A DNA stretch of 36,846 bases from an uncultured Treponema sp. (GCA_964446515.1 CAYUPG010000002.1:1-36846); one strand, 5' to 3'. Positions 7,035 through 15,694 are shown, counted from the stretch's first letter. Program-made: numbers and translations. Notes: generated by a model from the letters alone, not told the origin.

Positions 7035-8108
7035 ATGGAAAAAGTAAACGAAACGCCCGATACATCTTACCGTGCCCTCGCCGAGAGTCGGAGCGCCCTG
7101 GTTGAGGCGGCCCTCGCCGCCCTGGAGCGGCTGTCTCCCGGCATAGCCGGACGCTACGGCCCCCGGGGCTGGGAGCTGACCCGCCGGGACTTCGGCCTTA
7201 ACTTCGACTACCTGGCGGAGAGCCTGCGTTTGGACGCGCCGGAGCTCTTCCGATCCTATGTCGAATGGCTGGGACGGCTCTTCGAGGGCCTCAAGCTGCC
7301 CGCCGATACCCTCGACCTTACCCTTAGGTCCATGGCGGCCGCCCTGGAGGCGGTGCTGCCGCCCGATGCGGCGGAGGCGGGGACGGCCCTGCTGAGGGAG
7401 CTCTCAGGCGGCGGCGGCTCCGACGGGGGAGCCTCCCGCACCGGGGGCCCCGGGGGCGTCGAGGGCAGCTTGGCGCAGCCTTTCCTGAACTTCCTTCTGG
7501 AGGGAAAGCGCCGGGAGGCGGACGCGTACATCCAGGGCCTGGTAACGGGCGGAACGGACCTGGAGACCATTTACATGGAAGTCTTTCAGCCCAGTCAGGA
7601 GGAGCTCGGCAGGCTGTGGCTCGCCGGGCGCATCGGGGTGGACCGGGAGCACTTCTGCACCGCCGCCACCCAGACCATCATGTCCTCCCTGTACCCCCGG
7701 ATCTTTTCGGGTCCCCGGAACGGTAGGAGGCTCGTGGCGGCGGGGGCGGGGAGCGAGCTCCACGAGATCGGCATACGCATGGTGTCCGACCTCTTCGAGC
7801 TCCACGGCTGGGACACCTATTACCTGGGGAGCAACGCGCCGCCCCAGTCCATCGTGTCTTCCGTCAGGGAGCGCGGAGCGCCCCTGCTGCTCCTTTCCGC
7901 CACCATGGTGCCGAACCTCGCGGCCCTGGAGCGCACCATTGCCCTGGTCCGCGCGGAGAGTATCGGCCGGCCCATCGCGGTCATGGTCGGCGGCGGGCCC
8001 TTCAACCGGGCGCCGGGGCTCTGGCGCAGCGTCGGGGCCGACGGCTACGCTCCCGACGCGCGGTCGGCCCTTTCCGTCGCCGAATCCCTGCTCGGCGGCG
8101 CCCCGTGA
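7035..8108 (+). CDS. Stand-alone cobalamin (B12)-binding protein of CarH photoreceptor type, with no DNA-binding domain
   Basis: W195-x9-E205-H206 (LWLAGRIGVDREH; TGG at 7617-7619). E241-L-H243-E-I-G246 is the lower-ligand motif (His codon 7761-7763). A Rossmann-like C-terminus follows (LLLLSATM...AVMVGGG). The N-terminal ~125 aa are unassigned and are joined by a Gly/Ser-rich linker. Confidence 0.8.
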   Translation: MEKVNETPDTSYRALAESRSALVEAALAALERLSPGIAGRYGPRGWELTRRDFGLNFDYLAESLRLDAPELFRSYVEWLGRLFEGLKLPADTLDLTLRSMAAALEAVLPPDAAEAGTALLRELSGGGGSDGGASRTGGPGGVEGSLAQPFLNFLLEGKRREADAYIQGLVTGGTDLETIYMEVFQPSQEELGRLWLAGRIGVDREHFCTAATQTIMSSLYPRIFSGPRNGRRLVAAGAGSELHEIGIRMVSDLFELHGWDTYYLGSNAPPQSIVSSVRERGAPLLLLSATMVPNLAALERTIALVRAESIGRPIAVMVGGGPFNRAPGLWRSVGADGYAPDARSALSVAESLLGGAP

Positions 8109-9157
8109 GCTCTTCCGCGGGCTTCGCCGTCCTGACGGACGAAGCGGGGACGGTGCTGGCGGTCCTGCGGGACGAGCAGGGCATCCTGGGGCCTTCCCCC
8201 GAGGGCTCGCTTCTGGCCGCCCGCCTGGTTCCCGACTCGGTCGGCCCCTTCCTGGACATGCTCCTGGAGCTGCGCGGCGCAGGGGCGGCCTTCGACAGGG
8301 AGCTGGTGGTCCGGGGGGCCGAGGGGCCCGCGGCCTTCCACTTCGTCGCGGCCCGCCTGGGCGTGCAGGCGGTGGTGGTGGCCGGCGCCGCCCGGGAGGG
8401 CATCTTCGCCCTGTTCGAGGACCTGGCGCGGGCGAACGGGGAGCTGCAGCGCCTGGACGCCCTGAAGAACCGCTTTCTTGGCATGGCGGCCCACGACCTG
8501 CGGAACCCCATCGCCGCCATTGCGGCCTATGCGGACTACCTCCTGGATCCGCCGGCTCTCCCGGAAGGGGAAATACGGCACGCCCTGGAGAGCATCAAGC
8601 GGAGGGCGGAGTTCATGCAGGCCCTGGTCGAGGACCTGTTGGATACGGCGGCCATCGAGTCCGGTGCCCTGCGCCTGCACGAGGAGGCGGTGGACCTCTC
8701 CGCGGTCCTCGAGGAGGCGGCGGAAACCCTGAAGCCCGCCGCGGCGAAGCGGGACATACGTCTGGAGCTGCGGGCCGCCGCCGGACTTTCGGTCTGCGCC
8801 GATCCCGTGCGCCTTGCCCAGGCGGTGGGCAACCTCCTGTCCAACGCGGTCAAGTTTTCTCCCCGGGGCTCGACGGTGTCGGCGGAGGTCATCGCGGAGG
8901 AGCGGGAGGCCCTGGTGCGGGTGCGAGACCGGGGCCAGGGCATGGACGAGGAGCAGCTCCGCGCCCTGGGGACCCCCTTCGGCTCCCCCACGGCCCGCAC
9001 TCCCGACGGGGACAAGACCTCGGGCCTCGGGGTGCTCATAGCCCGGAGGATAGCGGAAGCCCACGGCGGACGCATCCTCTACCGCAGCGTTCCGGGGGAG
9101 GGCACCACGGCGGAGCTGCGGATACCCTCCCTTGCCGTAAAGGGGTGCACCGAATGA
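8105..9157 (+). CDS. Soluble sensor histidine kinase (HisKA + HATPase_c) with an unassigned ~110-aa N-terminal domain
   Basis: H-box FLGMAAHDLRNPIAAI, N-box LLSNAVKFS, G-boxes RDRGQGM and GLGVLIARR. No hydrophobic TM segment. The GTG start overlaps the upstream stop (GTGA at 8105-8108). Confidence 0.85.
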   Translation: MSSSAGFAVLTDEAGTVLAVLRDEQGILGPSPEGSLLAARLVPDSVGPFLDMLLELRGAGAAFDRELVVRGAEGPAAFHFVAARLGVQAVVVAGAAREGIFALFEDLARANGELQRLDALKNRFLGMAAHDLRNPIAAIAAYADYLLDPPALPEGEIRHALESIKRRAEFMQALVEDLLDTAAIESGALRLHEEAVDLSAVLEEAAETLKPAAAKRDIRLELRAAAGLSVCADPVRLAQAVGNLLSNAVKFSPRGSTVSAEVIAEEREALVRVRDRGQGMDEEQLRALGTPFGSPTARTPDGDKTSGLGVLIARRIAEAHGGRILYRSVPGEGTTAELRIPSLAVKGCTE

Positions 9158-10245
9158 GCGGCCCGCGGGCCCGGGAGGGGGAAGAGCTCCGTCCCGCCGT
9201 CCTCATCGTGGACGACGACGGGGACCTGCGGGATGCCTGGACCCGCATCCTGCGCGCCGCGGGGTATAGGGCCTCTGCGGCGCCCACGGGGGAGTCGGGC
9301 GTCGCGGCGGCCCTGGCGGAGGCTCCGGACATCATCCTGCTGGACCGGGGGCTTCCGGACCGGGACGGAACCGAGGTGTGCATCTCCCTGCGCAGGGAGC
9401 TCCTGGCCGCTTCTCCCCTCATCGCGGTGGTTTCGGGCTTTCGCCTCGATTCGGAGGACCGCATACGGGCCCTGGACAGCGGGGCGGACGAGGTCTTCGC
9501 CAAGCCGATAGGGAGCAGGGAGCTCCTGTCCCGGGTGCGGGCCCTGGATCGTCTGTGGGAGGAACGGCGGCGCCTGAAAAAAGAATCCTCCAACTGGGAG
9601 GCCCTCCTGAAGGCGGCCCACAACCGCATCGCCAACGATCTGGCTGCGGTGGAGAACCTGCTGCGCATGCGGGCCGAGGCCGCTCCCGAGGGGGCGGCCG
9701 ACTCCGGTCCGCTCTTGGAGGACCTCGCCGCCAGGGTCCGGGCCATCACGGAGCTCCATTCCCGGCTCAGGACCGGCACGATGGGGAACTGCGTGGAGGC
9801 GGGGGACTACCTGGCGGGCATACTGGGGAGCATAGAGCGCTACGCCTGCCCGGCGGACCAGGCGGTCCGCCTGACCTGGGCCGTCGATCGTGGCCTGCTC
9901 CTGGGGGACACCGATGCCGCGACCCTGGGCATGCTGGTGACGGAATTGGTGGGGAACGCCCTGCGCCACGCCTTTCCGGGGGGCAGGGGAGGATGCGTCG
10001 AGCTGAGCCTACGGGCCGACGGCGGCGGCGCGCTGCTGCGCGTGCGGGACGACGGGGTGGGCCTGCCTGCGGACTTTGCGCTGGAGCGGACTTCCGACCT
10101 CGGCCTGCGCCTGGTCGAGGCCCTGGCTTCCCGGCTGGGCGGAAGGCTCGCCCGGGGCGACGGGCCCGGAACGTCCTGGGAGGTTCGCCTGGCGGATGCC
10201 TGCCTGGAGCGGACGACGGCCGCGGAGGACGGCCGCGGGGAATGA
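9154..10245 (+). CDS. Hybrid receiver (REC) plus HisKA_2/HWE-like histidine kinase
   Basis: REC motifs (VLIVDDD, ILLDRGLPDRDG, AKP). H-box-like AAHNRIANDL (His codon 9619-9621). N-box ELVGNALRHAF, G1 DDGVGLP. The ATG overlaps the upstream stop (ATGA at 9154-9157). The ORF-track extension back to 7939 is rejected. Confidence 0.8.
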   Translation: MSGPRAREGEELRPAVLIVDDDGDLRDAWTRILRAAGYRASAAPTGESGVAAALAEAPDIILLDRGLPDRDGTEVCISLRRELLAASPLIAVVSGFRLDSEDRIRALDSGADEVFAKPIGSRELLSRVRALDRLWEERRRLKKESSNWEALLKAAHNRIANDLAAVENLLRMRAEAAPEGAADSGPLLEDLAARVRAITELHSRLRTGTMGNCVEAGDYLAGILGSIERYACPADQAVRLTWAVDRGLLLGDTDAATLGMLVTELVGNALRHAFPGGRGGCVELSLRADGGGALLRVRDDGVGLPADFALERTSDLGLRLVEALASRLGGRLARGDGPGTSWEVRLADACLERTTAAEDGRGE

Positions 10246-10257
10246 TAAGGAGCGCCC

Positions 10258-11916
10258 ATGCCTGAACGAACGATACTCCTGGTGGAGGACGAACCCATCA
10301 TCGCCATGGCGGAATCCCTGCGGCTGCGCAAGGGGGGCTACCGCGTTGAGACCGCCTCCACGGGGGAGGCGGCGGTGGAGCGGGCGCAGGCCCCGGATCC
10401 CGTGGACTTGATCCTCATGGACATCGACCTGGGCACGGGGATGGACGGGACGGAGGCGGCGCGGCGCATCCTCGAGGAGAGGGATCTGCCCATCGTGTTC
10501 CTGACCTCCCATTCGGAGCGGGAGATCGTGGAGCGGGTGCGGGGAATCACCCGCTACGGCTACGTGCTCAAGAACTCCGGGGACTTCGTCCTCTTCTCCT
10601 CGATCGAGATGGCCTTCGACCTGCACGAAGCCCACCGCCGAACGGAGGCGGAGCGCCGCAAGCTCCGTCTGGTGACGGAAAACCTCTCCGAGCTGGTCTG
10701 GCTCAGGGATCCCGCGGGGGGCAACATGCTCTTCGTAAATCCGGCCTACGAGGAGCTGTGGGGCAGGCCCCTCTCAAGCCTCTATGCGGATCCCCAGTCC
10801 TTTCTCTCCGCCGTCCACCCCGAGGACTTGGGGAAGGTGAGCGCGGCCCAGGAACGTCTGCGCAGGGAGGGCACGCCCTTCGACCTGGAGTACCGCATAG
10901 TCAGGCCCGACGGGGAGCTCCGTTGGGTGCACGGGCGGACGGCGGCGATTCAGGACGCGGAGGGCGCCACTCCCCTGATCCTGGGGGTCGCCGAGGACAT
11001 CACGGATAGGAAGGCCGTCTCCGACCAGGCGCTCCTGGCCCAGCGCAGGCTCAAGGGCATCATCCGCATCCTGGATGATTTCTCCTCCCCCGAAGAGGCC
11101 ATACTGGAGCGTCTCTTGGAGGAAGCGGAGGAGATCACCGGGAGCTCGATCTCCTACTTCTTCAACTACGATGCAGCTCGGCGGCTCTTCGCTCTCCAGG
11201 CCTGGTCCACGGGAGCTCTGCGGGACTGCGGCATCCGCAATCCGCCTAGGGAATACCGCTTGGAGGATACGGGCCTCTGGGGGGAGGTTGTGCGGAAGCG
11301 GAGGCCGGTGATCGTCAACGACTTCGAGTCGGGCGCGGGTGATCTGCGGAGGAACGGCTTTCCCCAGGGCCACGTGACGGTCTGCAGGCTCTTGTCCATC
11401 CCCGTCTGGTCCCGGGGAGAGATCGTGGCCACCATCGGGGTGGGCAACAAGAAGAGCGACTATACGGAGGAGGATGAGCTGCAGCTCGGCCTCCTGGTGG
11501 CCTCGGCTTGGCGCATCGTGGAGGCTAGGCGGAGCGAGCAGGCCCTGACGCTGAGCGAGGGGCGCTTCCAGAGCCTGTTCGGCGGTCTGCCCCTGGGACT
11601 CTACAGCTCGACGCCGGAGGGCCGCTTCTCCTACGTCAACGGCGCCTTCGCGGAGCTCCTCGGCTACGGCAGTCCGGAAGAGCTGACGGCGGCGGCGGAT
11701 GAGACGCCCATTGCGGCACTCCTCTACCCGGACCCGGAGCTGAGGCCCGGGGTATTGGAGGCGGCCCGGAACGCCGGGGGATCCTGGCACCGCTTCAGGG
11801 CGCGGTACCGCCGCAAGGACGGGTCCCTCCTTGAGGCAGACCAGTACATCAAGGCTCAGCGGGACGGAGACACCGGCGCGGAGGTCTTTTTCGGCGCCCT
11901 GCTGCCGGAAGGCTGA
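10258..11916 (+). CDS. Response-regulator receiver fused to PAS-GAF-PAS, with no recognisable output domain
   Basis: REC (LLVEDEP, LMDIDLGTGMDG, LKN). First PAS (NPAYEELWG...YRIVRPDGELRWV). GAF-like middle region (SISYFF...LSIPVW...IGVGNK). C-terminal PAS. AAGGAG lies 6 nt upstream of the ATG. Confidence 0.8.
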   Translation: MPERTILLVEDEPIIAMAESLRLRKGGYRVETASTGEAAVERAQAPDPVDLILMDIDLGTGMDGTEAARRILEERDLPIVFLTSHSEREIVERVRGITRYGYVLKNSGDFVLFSSIEMAFDLHEAHRRTEAERRKLRLVTENLSELVWLRDPAGGNMLFVNPAYEELWGRPLSSLYADPQSFLSAVHPEDLGKVSAAQERLRREGTPFDLEYRIVRPDGELRWVHGRTAAIQDAEGATPLILGVAEDITDRKAVSDQALLAQRRLKGIIRILDDFSSPEEAILERLLEEAEEITGSSISYFFNYDAARRLFALQAWSTGALRDCGIRNPPREYRLEDTGLWGEVVRKRRPVIVNDFESGAGDLRRNGFPQGHVTVCRLLSIPVWSRGEIVATIGVGNKKSDYTEEDELQLGLLVASAWRIVEARRSEQALTLSEGRFQSLFGGLPLGLYSSTPEGRFSYVNGAFAELLGYGSPEELTAAADETPIAALLYPDPELRPGVLEAARNAGGSWHRFRARYRRKDGSLLEADQYIKAQRDGDTGAEVFFGALLPEG

Positions 11917-11925
11917 TCCCTCCGT

Positions 11926-11954
11926 TTGACAAGGCCCGGAGGGGGTGCTACAAT
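11926..11954 (+). promoter_or_regulatory. Sigma70-like promoter (TTGACA, 17 nt, TACAAT) of the LacI-family gene
   Basis: TTGACA at 11926-11931 and TACAAT at 11949-11954 with a 17-nt spacer. Confidence 0.6.
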
Positions 11955-11973
11955 GCGTGTACGATCACGCATT
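11952..11973. promoter_or_regulatory. LacI-type operator-like palindrome overlapping the -10 and transcription start
   Basis: AATGCGTG-TACGAT-CACGCATT: perfect 8-bp arms with a central CG. The 18-nt core TGCGTGTACGATCACGCA matches the araA-upstream site at 14 of 18 positions. Confidence 0.5.
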
Positions 11974-11983
11974 GGGAGCGAGG

Positions 11984-13057
11984 ATGACGGTCAAAGAAAT
12001 CGCCGAGCTTGCGGGGGTGTCCATCGGAACGGTGGACCGGGTCCTGCACGGCCGCGGCAGGGTCTCGGCGGAGACCAAGGAACGGATCGAAGGCATCATC
12101 AAGCGTTCGGGCTTCACTCCCAATCCCATGGCCCGGCGCCTCAAGCGCAACAGGCCCTACCGCTTCTTCGCCCTCCTGCCCCACCGGGACGAGGATTCGG
12201 GGTACTGGGGGCAGGGCCGCGCGGGCATCCTGGCCGCCGCGGAGGAGGTCGGGCCCCTGGGGGCGGAGGTGAACGTCCTGGAGTTCGACCGCTACCGGGG
12301 CGCCTCCTTCCGGTCCGCCGCGGCGCGCATCCTTGAGTCCGAACCGGACGGCGTCATCCTGGCGCCCATCATGCCCGAGGAGAGCCGCGCCTTCGTGGGC
12401 TCCCTGACCGTCCCCTACGTATTCTTCGACGCCGATCTGCCGGGCACCTCTCCCCTGAGCGCCATAGGACAGGATTCTCTCCGGGGGGGCTACCTCGCGG
12501 GCCGCCTTGTCCACCTCTTCGCCGGGGGCGGCGCGGCCTCGGGCTGCTTCGCCGTCCTGGTGGCCCACCAGGAGGACTACCACATCGGCCGGCGCAGGGA
12601 CGGCTTTCTGCGCTATGCCGCACAGGCGCCCTTTCAGGCCCTGGCGGTGGAGGGGGTGGACCTGGAGCACGACGGCGCGGCCGCCGCGGCCCTGGCGGAT
12701 CTGCTGGATCGGCGCCCGGATTGCCGGGGGGTATTCGTGGCCGGGGCATCCTCCCACCGCATCGCCGAGGCCGCCCGGGACCTGCGGTCCCGGCGGAGCT
12801 TCATCATCGTGGGCTACGACTTGGTGGAGGCCAATAGGCGCCTCTTGGCCGAGGGGGCCATGGACGCGGTGATCTCCCAGCGGCCGGAGACCCAGGGCCG
12901 CCGGGCGGTGCTGGACCTGTACCGCGCCGTGGCGGTGGGCCGCCCGGTGGCGGCCCGGGTGGAAGTGCCCCTGGATGTCTACATCCGGGAAAACGTGCCG
13001 CCCGCGGCGGATGCGGGGAGCATAGAAACGGGGAAGGATTCCGGGGCGTGGCAGTGA
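11984..13057 (+). CDS. LacI-family transcriptional regulator (probable arabinose/pentose regulator)
   Basis: N-terminal HTH MTVKEIAELAGVSIGTVDRVLHGRGRVSAETKERI followed by a periplasmic-binding-protein-like core. The ATG at 11984 is preceded by GGAG. Confidence 0.85.
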   Translation: MTVKEIAELAGVSIGTVDRVLHGRGRVSAETKERIEGIIKRSGFTPNPMARRLKRNRPYRFFALLPHRDEDSGYWGQGRAGILAAAEEVGPLGAEVNVLEFDRYRGASFRSAAARILESEPDGVILAPIMPEESRAFVGSLTVPYVFFDADLPGTSPLSAIGQDSLRGGYLAGRLVHLFAGGGAASGCFAVLVAHQEDYHIGRRRDGFLRYAAQAPFQALAVEGVDLEHDGAAAAALADLLDRRPDCRGVFVAGASSHRIAEAARDLRSRRSFIIVGYDLVEANRRLLAEGAMDAVISQRPETQGRRAVLDLYRAVAVGRPVAARVEVPLDVYIRENVPPAADAGSIETGKDSGAWQ

Positions 13058-13080
13058 GGCGCCCGCTCGGCGCGGGCGCC
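13058..13080 (+). terminator. GC-rich stem-loop after the LacI-family gene (no U-tract)
   Basis: GGCGCCCGC, TCGGC, GCGGGCGCC: a 9-bp perfect stem starting right after the stop. The missing T-run makes intrinsic termination uncertain. Confidence 0.3.
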
Positions 13081-13115
13081 TACGCCGCTCTCCGGATGAC
13101 CATAACAGCGCCGTG

Positions 13116-13133
13116 TGCGTGAACGTACACACA
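13116..13133. promoter_or_regulatory. Second LacI-type operator-like site upstream of araA
   Basis: TGCGTGAAC|GTACACACA with a central CG, 12 nt upstream of the araA ATG. Similar to the 11954-11971 core. Confidence 0.45.
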
Positions 13134-13144
13134 AGGAGAAGAAC

Positions 13145-14641
13145 ATGATAGACCTCAAGCGCTTCGAATTCTGGTTCGTGGTAGGAAGCCAGGACCTCTA
13201 CGGAGAGGAGACCTTGAAGCAGGTTGCCGCCCACGCCAAGATCATGGCCGAGGGCTTCGGCGCGGACCCGGTCCTGCCGGGCAAGGTGGTGCTGAAGCCC
13301 ACGGTGCTGACCCCCGCGGGCATACGGCGCACCTTCGAGGAGGCGAACGCCGATCCCGCCTGCGCGGGCATCATCACCTGGATGCACACCTTCTCGCCCT
13401 CCAAGATGTGGATCGCGGGGCTCTCCATCAACCGTAAGCCCCTGCTCCACCTGCACACCCAGTACAACCGGGACATACCCTGGGCGTCCATAGACATGGA
13501 CTTCATGAACCTGAACCAGAGCGCCCACGGCGACCGGGAGCACGGATTCATCCACGCCCGCATGCGCCTGCCCCGAAAGGTGGTGGTGGGCCACTGGGAG
13601 GACCCGGCGGTGCGCCGCCGCATGGGCATCTGGATGCGCGCCGCGGCGGCCTGCGCCGACGGAAAGGCCTCCGCGGTGGTGCGCTGGGGCGACAACATGC
13701 GGGAGGTCGCCGTCACCGAGGGCGACAAGGTCGAGGCGCAGATCAAGTTCGGCTGGCAGGTCAACGGCTGGGGCGTGGGCGACCTCGTCGCCAAGGTGAA
13801 CGCCGTGTCCGATGCCGCCGTGGACGTCCTGATGAAGGAATACGAGGCCAAGTACGAGCTGACTGCGGCGGCCAAGTCCGAGGGCCCCGCGCGGAAGGCG
13901 GTGCGGGAGCAGGCCCGCTTCGAGCTGGGCATGAAGGCCTTCCTGGAGGAGCAGGGGGCCGGCGCCTTCACCACCACCTTCCAGGACCTGCACGGCCTGC
14001 CCCAGCTGCCGGGCCTCGCGGTCCAGCGGCTCATGGCGCAGGGCTACGGCTTCGGCGGCGAAGGGGACTGGAAGACCTCCATGCTGGTCCGGTCCATGAA
14101 GGTCATGGCCGCGGGCCTCGAGGGCGGCACTTCCTTCATGGAGGACTACACCTACCACTTCGAGCCGGGCAAGGAGGCCATCCTCGGCGCCCACATGCTG
14201 GAGGTCTGCCCCACGATCGCGGCGCACAAGCCCCGCATCGAGGTGCACCCCCTGGGCATAGGCGGCAAGGCCGATCCCGCCCGCATCGTCTTCGACGCGG
14301 CTACGGGAAAGGCTGTCTGCGCCACCCTGGTTGATCTGGGCGACCGCTTCCGGATGATCGTCAACGAGGTGGAGTCCGTGAAGATCGAGGCCGCCATGCC
14401 CAAGCTGCCCGGGGCCCGGGTGCTCTGGAAGCCCCTCCCCAGCCTCGCCGCCGCGGCGGAAAGCTGGATCGTCGCCGGCGGCGCCCACCACTCGGGCTAT
14501 TCCACGGCCATCGGCACGGAGTACCTGCGGGATTGGGCCGAGATGGTCGGCGTGGAGTTCGTGCGCATCGGCGAGGGGACCTGCCCCGACCGCCTGCGGG
14601 ACGAGCTGCGCTGGGGCGAGGCCTTCTGGTCCAAGCGCTGA
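13145..14641 (+). CDS. araA: L-arabinose isomerase
   Basis: About 498 aa. FWFVVGSQDLYGEETL, HTFSPSKMW and FGGEGDWKT are characteristic of AraA. AAGGAGAAG RBS before the ATG at 13145. Confidence 0.92.
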   Translation: MIDLKRFEFWFVVGSQDLYGEETLKQVAAHAKIMAEGFGADPVLPGKVVLKPTVLTPAGIRRTFEEANADPACAGIITWMHTFSPSKMWIAGLSINRKPLLHLHTQYNRDIPWASIDMDFMNLNQSAHGDREHGFIHARMRLPRKVVVGHWEDPAVRRRMGIWMRAAAACADGKASAVVRWGDNMREVAVTEGDKVEAQIKFGWQVNGWGVGDLVAKVNAVSDAAVDVLMKEYEAKYELTAAAKSEGPARKAVREQARFELGMKAFLEEQGAGAFTTTFQDLHGLPQLPGLAVQRLMAQGYGFGGEGDWKTSMLVRSMKVMAAGLEGGTSFMEDYTYHFEPGKEAILGAHMLEVCPTIAAHKPRIEVHPLGIGGKADPARIVFDAATGKAVCATLVDLGDRFRMIVNEVESVKIEAAMPKLPGARVLWKPLPSLAAAAESWIVAGGAHHSGYSTAIGTEYLRDWAEMVGVEFVRIGEGTCPDRLRDELRWGEAFWSKR

Positions 14642-14715
14642 ACCTGAATGCCCCGGCAGGGCGATAGGCGGATGCCGCCGTCCCGCCGGGGAGCCGCACG
14701 CTACAAGGAGCGACT

Positions 14716-15417
14716 ATGTATCCCTTCAAGACACTGCGGGACGAAGCCTACGAGGCGAACATGGAGATACCCCGGCGGGGTCTGGCCATCTACACCTGGG
14801 GCAACGTCTCGGCCTTCGACCCTGACAAGGGGCTCTTCGCCATCAAGCCCTCGGGGGTCTCCTACGACGACCTGAAGCCCGAGGACCTGGTGGTGGTGGA
14901 CCTGGAGGGCAAGACGGCGGACGGGAAGCTCAACCCCTCCTCTGACACCAAGACCCACCTGGTCCTCTACCGCGCCTTTGCCGGCATACGGGGCATCACC
15001 CATACCCACTCGACCTACGCGGTGGCCTGGGCCCAGGCCCGCAGGGAAGTTCCCGTCTTCGGCACCACCCACGCGGACCACGGGGCCGAGACCATCCCCT
15101 GCACGGCGGTGATGAGCGCAGAGGCGGTGAAGCGGGACTACGAGACGGAGACGGGAAACCTGATCGTCGACACCTTCGCGGCCCGGGGCGCGGATCCCCT
15201 GCACATGCCCATGGTCCTGGTGGCGGGCCACGGCCCCTTCGCCTGGGGAGAGAGCGCCGCCAAATCGGTCTACCACGCCGCCGTTCTGGAGGAGGTCTGC
15301 CGCATGGCCCAGCTAACCCTGAGCATAGACCCCGCCGCGGCGCCCCTGCCCGAGCACATCGTGCGCAAGCACTGGGAGCGCAAGCACGGGGCCGGGGCGT
15401 ATTACGGGCAGAGGTAG
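14716..15417 (+). CDS. araD: L-ribulose-5-phosphate 4-epimerase
   Basis: 233 aa. GNVSAFD, IKPSGV and HTHSTYA (class II aldolase/AraD metal-binding His motif). AAGGAG RBS upstream. Confidence 0.92.
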   Translation: MYPFKTLRDEAYEANMEIPRRGLAIYTWGNVSAFDPDKGLFAIKPSGVSYDDLKPEDLVVVDLEGKTADGKLNPSSDTKTHLVLYRAFAGIRGITHTHSTYAVAWAQARREVPVFGTTHADHGAETIPCTAVMSAEAVKRDYETETGNLIVDTFAARGADPLHMPMVLVAGHGPFAWGESAAKSVYHAAVLEEVCRMAQLTLSIDPAAAPLPEHIVRKHWERKHGAGAYYGQR

Positions 15418-15694
15418 GGGGAGCACGCTGGACGCGTAGTGTCCGTCCGCGCAATAGACCTGCGCCGGGGTCCCGACAGGTGGGCGCCGGTCCTCGCTTG
15501 GTCCTCGCCCACCATCCTGCGGCTGGTGGGTTGCGGAATCGCTCGGACCGGCGCCCCCCTGCCACCCCGCATAGCGTTTCGACTGCGCGGACGGCGTATA
15601 TGCCCCAAGCGGGCGCCCCCGGCAAGGCGGCTCCCCCTGGCTGCGAACTCCTCGCCCCGCTCCGCGGGGCTGCGGGGTTCTCCGCCACCCCCAC
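15416..15694 (-). repeat. GC-rich intergenic repeat element, copy C (inverted orientation)
   Basis: The reverse complement contains GAGTGGGGGTGGCG (14/14 to copy B), CCAGGGGGAGCCGC (14/14) and GTGCTCCCCCT (11/11) in the same order. The GTGCTCCCCCT end overlaps the araD TAG stop. Confidence 0.55.

Noticed and set aside
7939-9153. 5' extension of the ORF-track entry 7939-10245 (768 aa)
   Set aside because: The first ~405 aa are Arg/Gly/Pro-rich and overlap the B12-binding and histidine-kinase genes in other frames. A clean receiver domain begins at the ATG at 9154, which overlaps the upstream stop.
11948-14491. 847-aa minus-strand ORF spanning the LacI-family and araA genes
   Set aside because: It is antisense to two genes with clear family motifs. 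The product is Gly/Arg/Pro/Ala-rich low-complexity sequence, typical of high-GC shadow frames, and has no recognisable domain.
14642-14715. GGGGAGCCGC string and nested hairpins between araA and araD as a fourth repeat-family copy
   Set aside because: Only one short block matches. A single 10-mer hit is plausible by chance in DNA this GC-rich.
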